Source: a virus
Length of the DNA: 49,848 bases
Virus record (IMG/VR): IMGVR_UViG_3300032157_000014
Location: 1-49,848 of that record
Direction: 5' to 3' (one strand)
Position numbers and translations under genes: made by a program. Position 1 is the stretch's first letter. Every line of letters starts with the position of its first letter. The notes beneath the pieces were generated by a model that saw nothing but the letters and a program-made list of their open reading frames with translations, did not search any database and was not told the origin of the DNA. Below are positions 47,660-49,848 of this stretch, piece after piece.

Positions 47660-49848
47660 GGATTTTGATCACGTCCTCGAGCTTGCGGCCGTCCGGCCAC
47701 GAGGTGTAGCCGTGCTTTTTGAATACCTCGAGCAGCCGCTGATAGTCGCCGGAGTCGACGATTATATGCTCGAGGTCGTCGAAGATTGAGAGGCCGTTCT
47801 TGAGGATCGTTTCGTTCGAACGCGACCGCACGGCCGCGCGCCATTCCTCGATGCCGGTCTTCCGGTGGCGCATGACATGGCCTTCGGTGACGCGGCCGAA
47901 GTTGTCGCCGTCGTAGCTGATCGCGTCCAGACGCGCCACCAGCCGCGGCTTCCACACGAACCCGGGCTCGCCGCCGGCGCTCTTGCGGCCGCGCAGCCTG
48001 GTGAAGAGGTAGCTCGCGCCGCCGGTGTCGAGATCCGCGGTCGGCGACATGCCGCCGAGCGGCAGGCCGCGGCGCAGCTTGTCGACCGTCGGCGCGAGCT
48101 GCCCGCCCGAGTTCAGGATCGACTCGATCGAGGTGATCATGCTGCCCTGCGTGATCCGGTGGTGCAGCACGTAGTCTTTCTGGAAGCGCTCCCACTCCTT
48201 GCCCTGCAGATCCGGCCGGAAAAGATGCCGGCGCCCCTGGCCGAAGGCCTGGTAGATGCCGTCCGGCTTGTACGCCGGCGAGTTCTCGATATCCACGCCC
48301 GTCTTCTCGGTGAGCCAGGCTTTCATCGCGTCGACGCGCTCCTGCTGTGCTGCCTTGCCGGCGGCGGCTTCCAGGAAGTCGGCGAACCCGTCGCGCCGGT
48401 GGTAGGCGATCTGCCGCAGGTACAGCTCCTCCCGATCGAGCGTGGCGGCGCGCTGCGCGTTCACGCCGATCGAGCCGATCGCGTCGAAGAGCTTGCGCGC
48501 GTCGGTCACCTCGCCGCCGGCGACCTGGATCTGCACCTGGTTGCGCAGCGCGAAGGGAATGTCCGATGCATCCGGCCAGTACCGGACGCGCGCGCCGTTG
48601 ATCTCGGTTTCGTAGAAGTAGCCGGTGGAGTAGTTGGTTTCCTTCGTCTCGGTGGCGAAGCCGCGCTCGATTCGCTTTCGCTCGAAGGCGCCGTCGCGCC
48701 GCTGGAATGCGATCGCACCAGGCTGCGGCTTTGGCGGCGGTGGCGTGTAGCGCTTGAGCAAATCTCCGCTGGGCGCCTTCCACGTCGCGACCTTGCCGAC
48801 ATTGCCCTTGATCGCCGCCTCGAGCGCCTTCAGCCAGGGATCGTAGTGGTCGAAGAACTTCGCGGCGTAGGCCGATTTTTCCGCGACCATGCCTTTGTTG
48901 ATCTTCGTCAGTGCCGCGCGCGCCGACACCACGCGCTCGAGGTCCTTGTCGCGGATCTTCTCGCCTTTGCCCGCGAGCGTTGCCAGGCCCTTGATCGCCT
49001 CGACGATCTTGTCATGCACGCCGGCATCGTCGAATTTCACGTTGGCGCCGGAGGCCTGCAGGATCCTGCCCAGCTTCCCGGAGGCCTCGCCGGTGACCTT
49101 GAACTGTCCGACTGTGCGCGCGCTGCCGTCCGAGGCCTTCTCGAGCCAGACAAGCACGCTGTGGTCCTCGATCTCGCCCTTGTCGCTCGGGATCATGTAC
49201 CCGTTGAGCCGGCTCTCCCGGATCAGCTTGTGCTCGGCCGCGGTGATCCGCGCAGCTGAGTCCGCCGGCGCCGGCACTGGCGCCTCGCTCGGCTTCACGC
49301 GCTTCAGGATGTCCTGCTTCCGTGCGATCAGGGTATCGGCCAGGGCCTCATTCTCGCGCGCGTCCAGGGGCCCGTGCTGCTTGACCAGGCGGCGGATCTC
49401 CTCATCGTCCAGGGCCTGCAGGCGCGCGGCGGAGGCCTCGAGCTGGGCCGGGGTGATCCGCTTGAAGACGGCGGCCGTCTGCGGGTTGTTGGAGGCATTG
49501 CGCATGCTCTCGAGCTCCTGGACGCTCGGGCCCCACTGCGCGCCCTTGAGGCTGCCCTGGGCCCGGTAGCGCAGGCCTCCGCCGGTGTCCACCCGGAACG
49601 CCCGACCTTCCCGGATGAGGAGGTTGTCGAAGCTGGCGCCGGCGACGTCCCAATTCGCCAGCCAGGCGTCGATCGCGAAGCCGTCGACAGCCCCAGGCAC
49701 CTTGCCGGCGCGCAGCGCGGCGGCGTCCTGGCGCAGCCCTGGGACGATCTTCGAGGCCACGCCTGTCTTGTTCTTCCCCATGTCGACCAGCTGCAGCTCG
49801 GGGACCTCGATGCCGGCGGCCTGGTACAGCTTGCCGGTGAGGACCTCG
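47646..49848 (-). CDS. MuF-domain polyvalent head protein, C-terminal (3') part
   Basis: Track ORF 47646..49781 (711 aa), whose Met is internal. The frame stays open upstream to the window end and matches positions 1..127 and onward. It contains DGFAIDAWLANWDVAGASFDNLLIREGRAFRVDTGGGL and a long C-terminal region I could not assign. Confidence 0.8.
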   Translation of the reverse strand, partial: EVLTGKLYQAAGIEVPELQLVDMGKNKTGVASKIVPGLRQDAAALRAGKVPGAVDGFAIDAWLANWDVAGASFDNLLIREGRAFRVDTGGGLRYRAQGSLKGAQWGPSVQELESMRNASNNPQTAAVFKRITPAQLEASAARLQALDDEEIRRLVKQHGPLDARENEALADTLIARKQDILKRVKPSEAPVPAPADSAARITAAEHKLIRESRLNGYMIPSDKGEIEDHSVLVWLEKASDGSARTVGQFKVTGEASGKLGRILQASGANVKFDDAGVHDKIVEAIKGLATLAGKGEKIRDKDLERVVSARAALTKINKGMVAEKSAYAAKFFDHYDPWLKALEAAIKGNVGKVATWKAPSGDLLKRYTPPPPKPQPGAIAFQRRDGAFERKRIERGFATETKETNYSTGYFYETEINGARVRYWPDASDIPFALRNQVQIQVAGGEVTDARKLFDAIGSIGVNAQRAATLDREELYLRQIAYHRRDGFADFLEAAAGKAAQQERVDAMKAWLTEKTGVDIENSPAYKPDGIYQAFGQGRRHLFRPDLQGKEWERFQKDYVLHHRITQGSMITSIESILNSGGQLAPTVDKLRRGLPLGGMSPTADLDTGGASYLFTRLRGRKSAGGEPGFVWKPRLVARLDAISYDGDNFGRVTEGHVMRHRKTGIEEWRAAVRSRSNETILKNGLSIFDDLEHIIVDSGDYQRLLEVFKKHGYTSWPDGRKLEDVIKIRGSV
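49722..49848. repeat. Terminal direct repeat, copy 2
   Basis: Matches 1..127. Confidence 0.9.

Noticed and set aside
47646-48150. An ADP-ribosyltransferase (R-S-E) assignment for the extreme C-terminus of the polyvalent protein (…GGASYLFTRLRG…ISYDGD…SRSNETILK…).
   Set aside because: The spacing and identity of the putative R/S/E residues are only suggestive. I cannot support the call without a profile or structure search, so the region is left unassigned.
47646-49781. The Met at 49781 as the true start of a stand-alone 711-aa protein.
   Set aside because: The frame remains open upstream to the window end and continues seamlessly from position 127 onward (...GIEVPELQLVDMGKNK...). The Met is internal to the 1,285-aa ORF.

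Overview
This window looks like one complete, circularly closed, high-GC genome of about 49.7 kb from a temperate phage with a lambda-like non-contractile tail. Bases 1..127 are, by my hand comparison, identical to 49722..49848, so the unique length is about 49,721 bp. The window edge cuts through a gene.

Layout:
- **Late operon, minus strand, about 29 kb.** It runs 6764 -> 1, wraps to 49721, and continues to 27111. In order: a 114-aa protein, a TerS-like protein, TerL, portal, a Zn-ribbon protein, a 1,285-aa MuF-domain polyvalent protein split by the edge, a protease-scaffold-capsid fusion, an RTX-like repeat protein, head-tail connectors, an embedded lysis cassette (amidase, embedded Rz/Rz1-type spanins, holins), major tail protein, G/GT chaperones with an A_AAA_AAA -1 frameshift site, tape measure, M/L/K-like proteins, an I-J fusion, a LamG tail fibre, a DUF4376 protein and a YiiX-like peptidase.
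- **Genetic switch at 25979..26090.** Four GTGATATC-type operator repeats sit between two divergent Arc-like RHH genes.
- **Rightward lysogeny operon, 26091..27103.** RHH repressor, lipoprotein, small protein.
- **Leftward early operon, 25978 -> 7603.** CII(CP76)-like protein, small tyrosine recombinase, truncated MTase-like protein, HerA-like ATPase with 2 wHTH repeats, HNH-like protein, DUF5131, Fis-HTH protein, TOPRIM primase/P-loop helicase, an iteron array, a Xer-like tyrosine recombinase and a large serine recombinase.
- **Low-GC island, 6845..7602.** About 760 bp with two plus-strand ORFs and a tRNA 3'-end fragment, bracketed by an 81-bp diverged duplication of the serine-recombinase 3' end.

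Many long ORFs in the track are GC-driven shadow frames. I re-called true starts from amino-acid composition and from ATGA/GTGA/TGATG stop-start overlaps. All family names come from motif recognition by eye; no searches were run.
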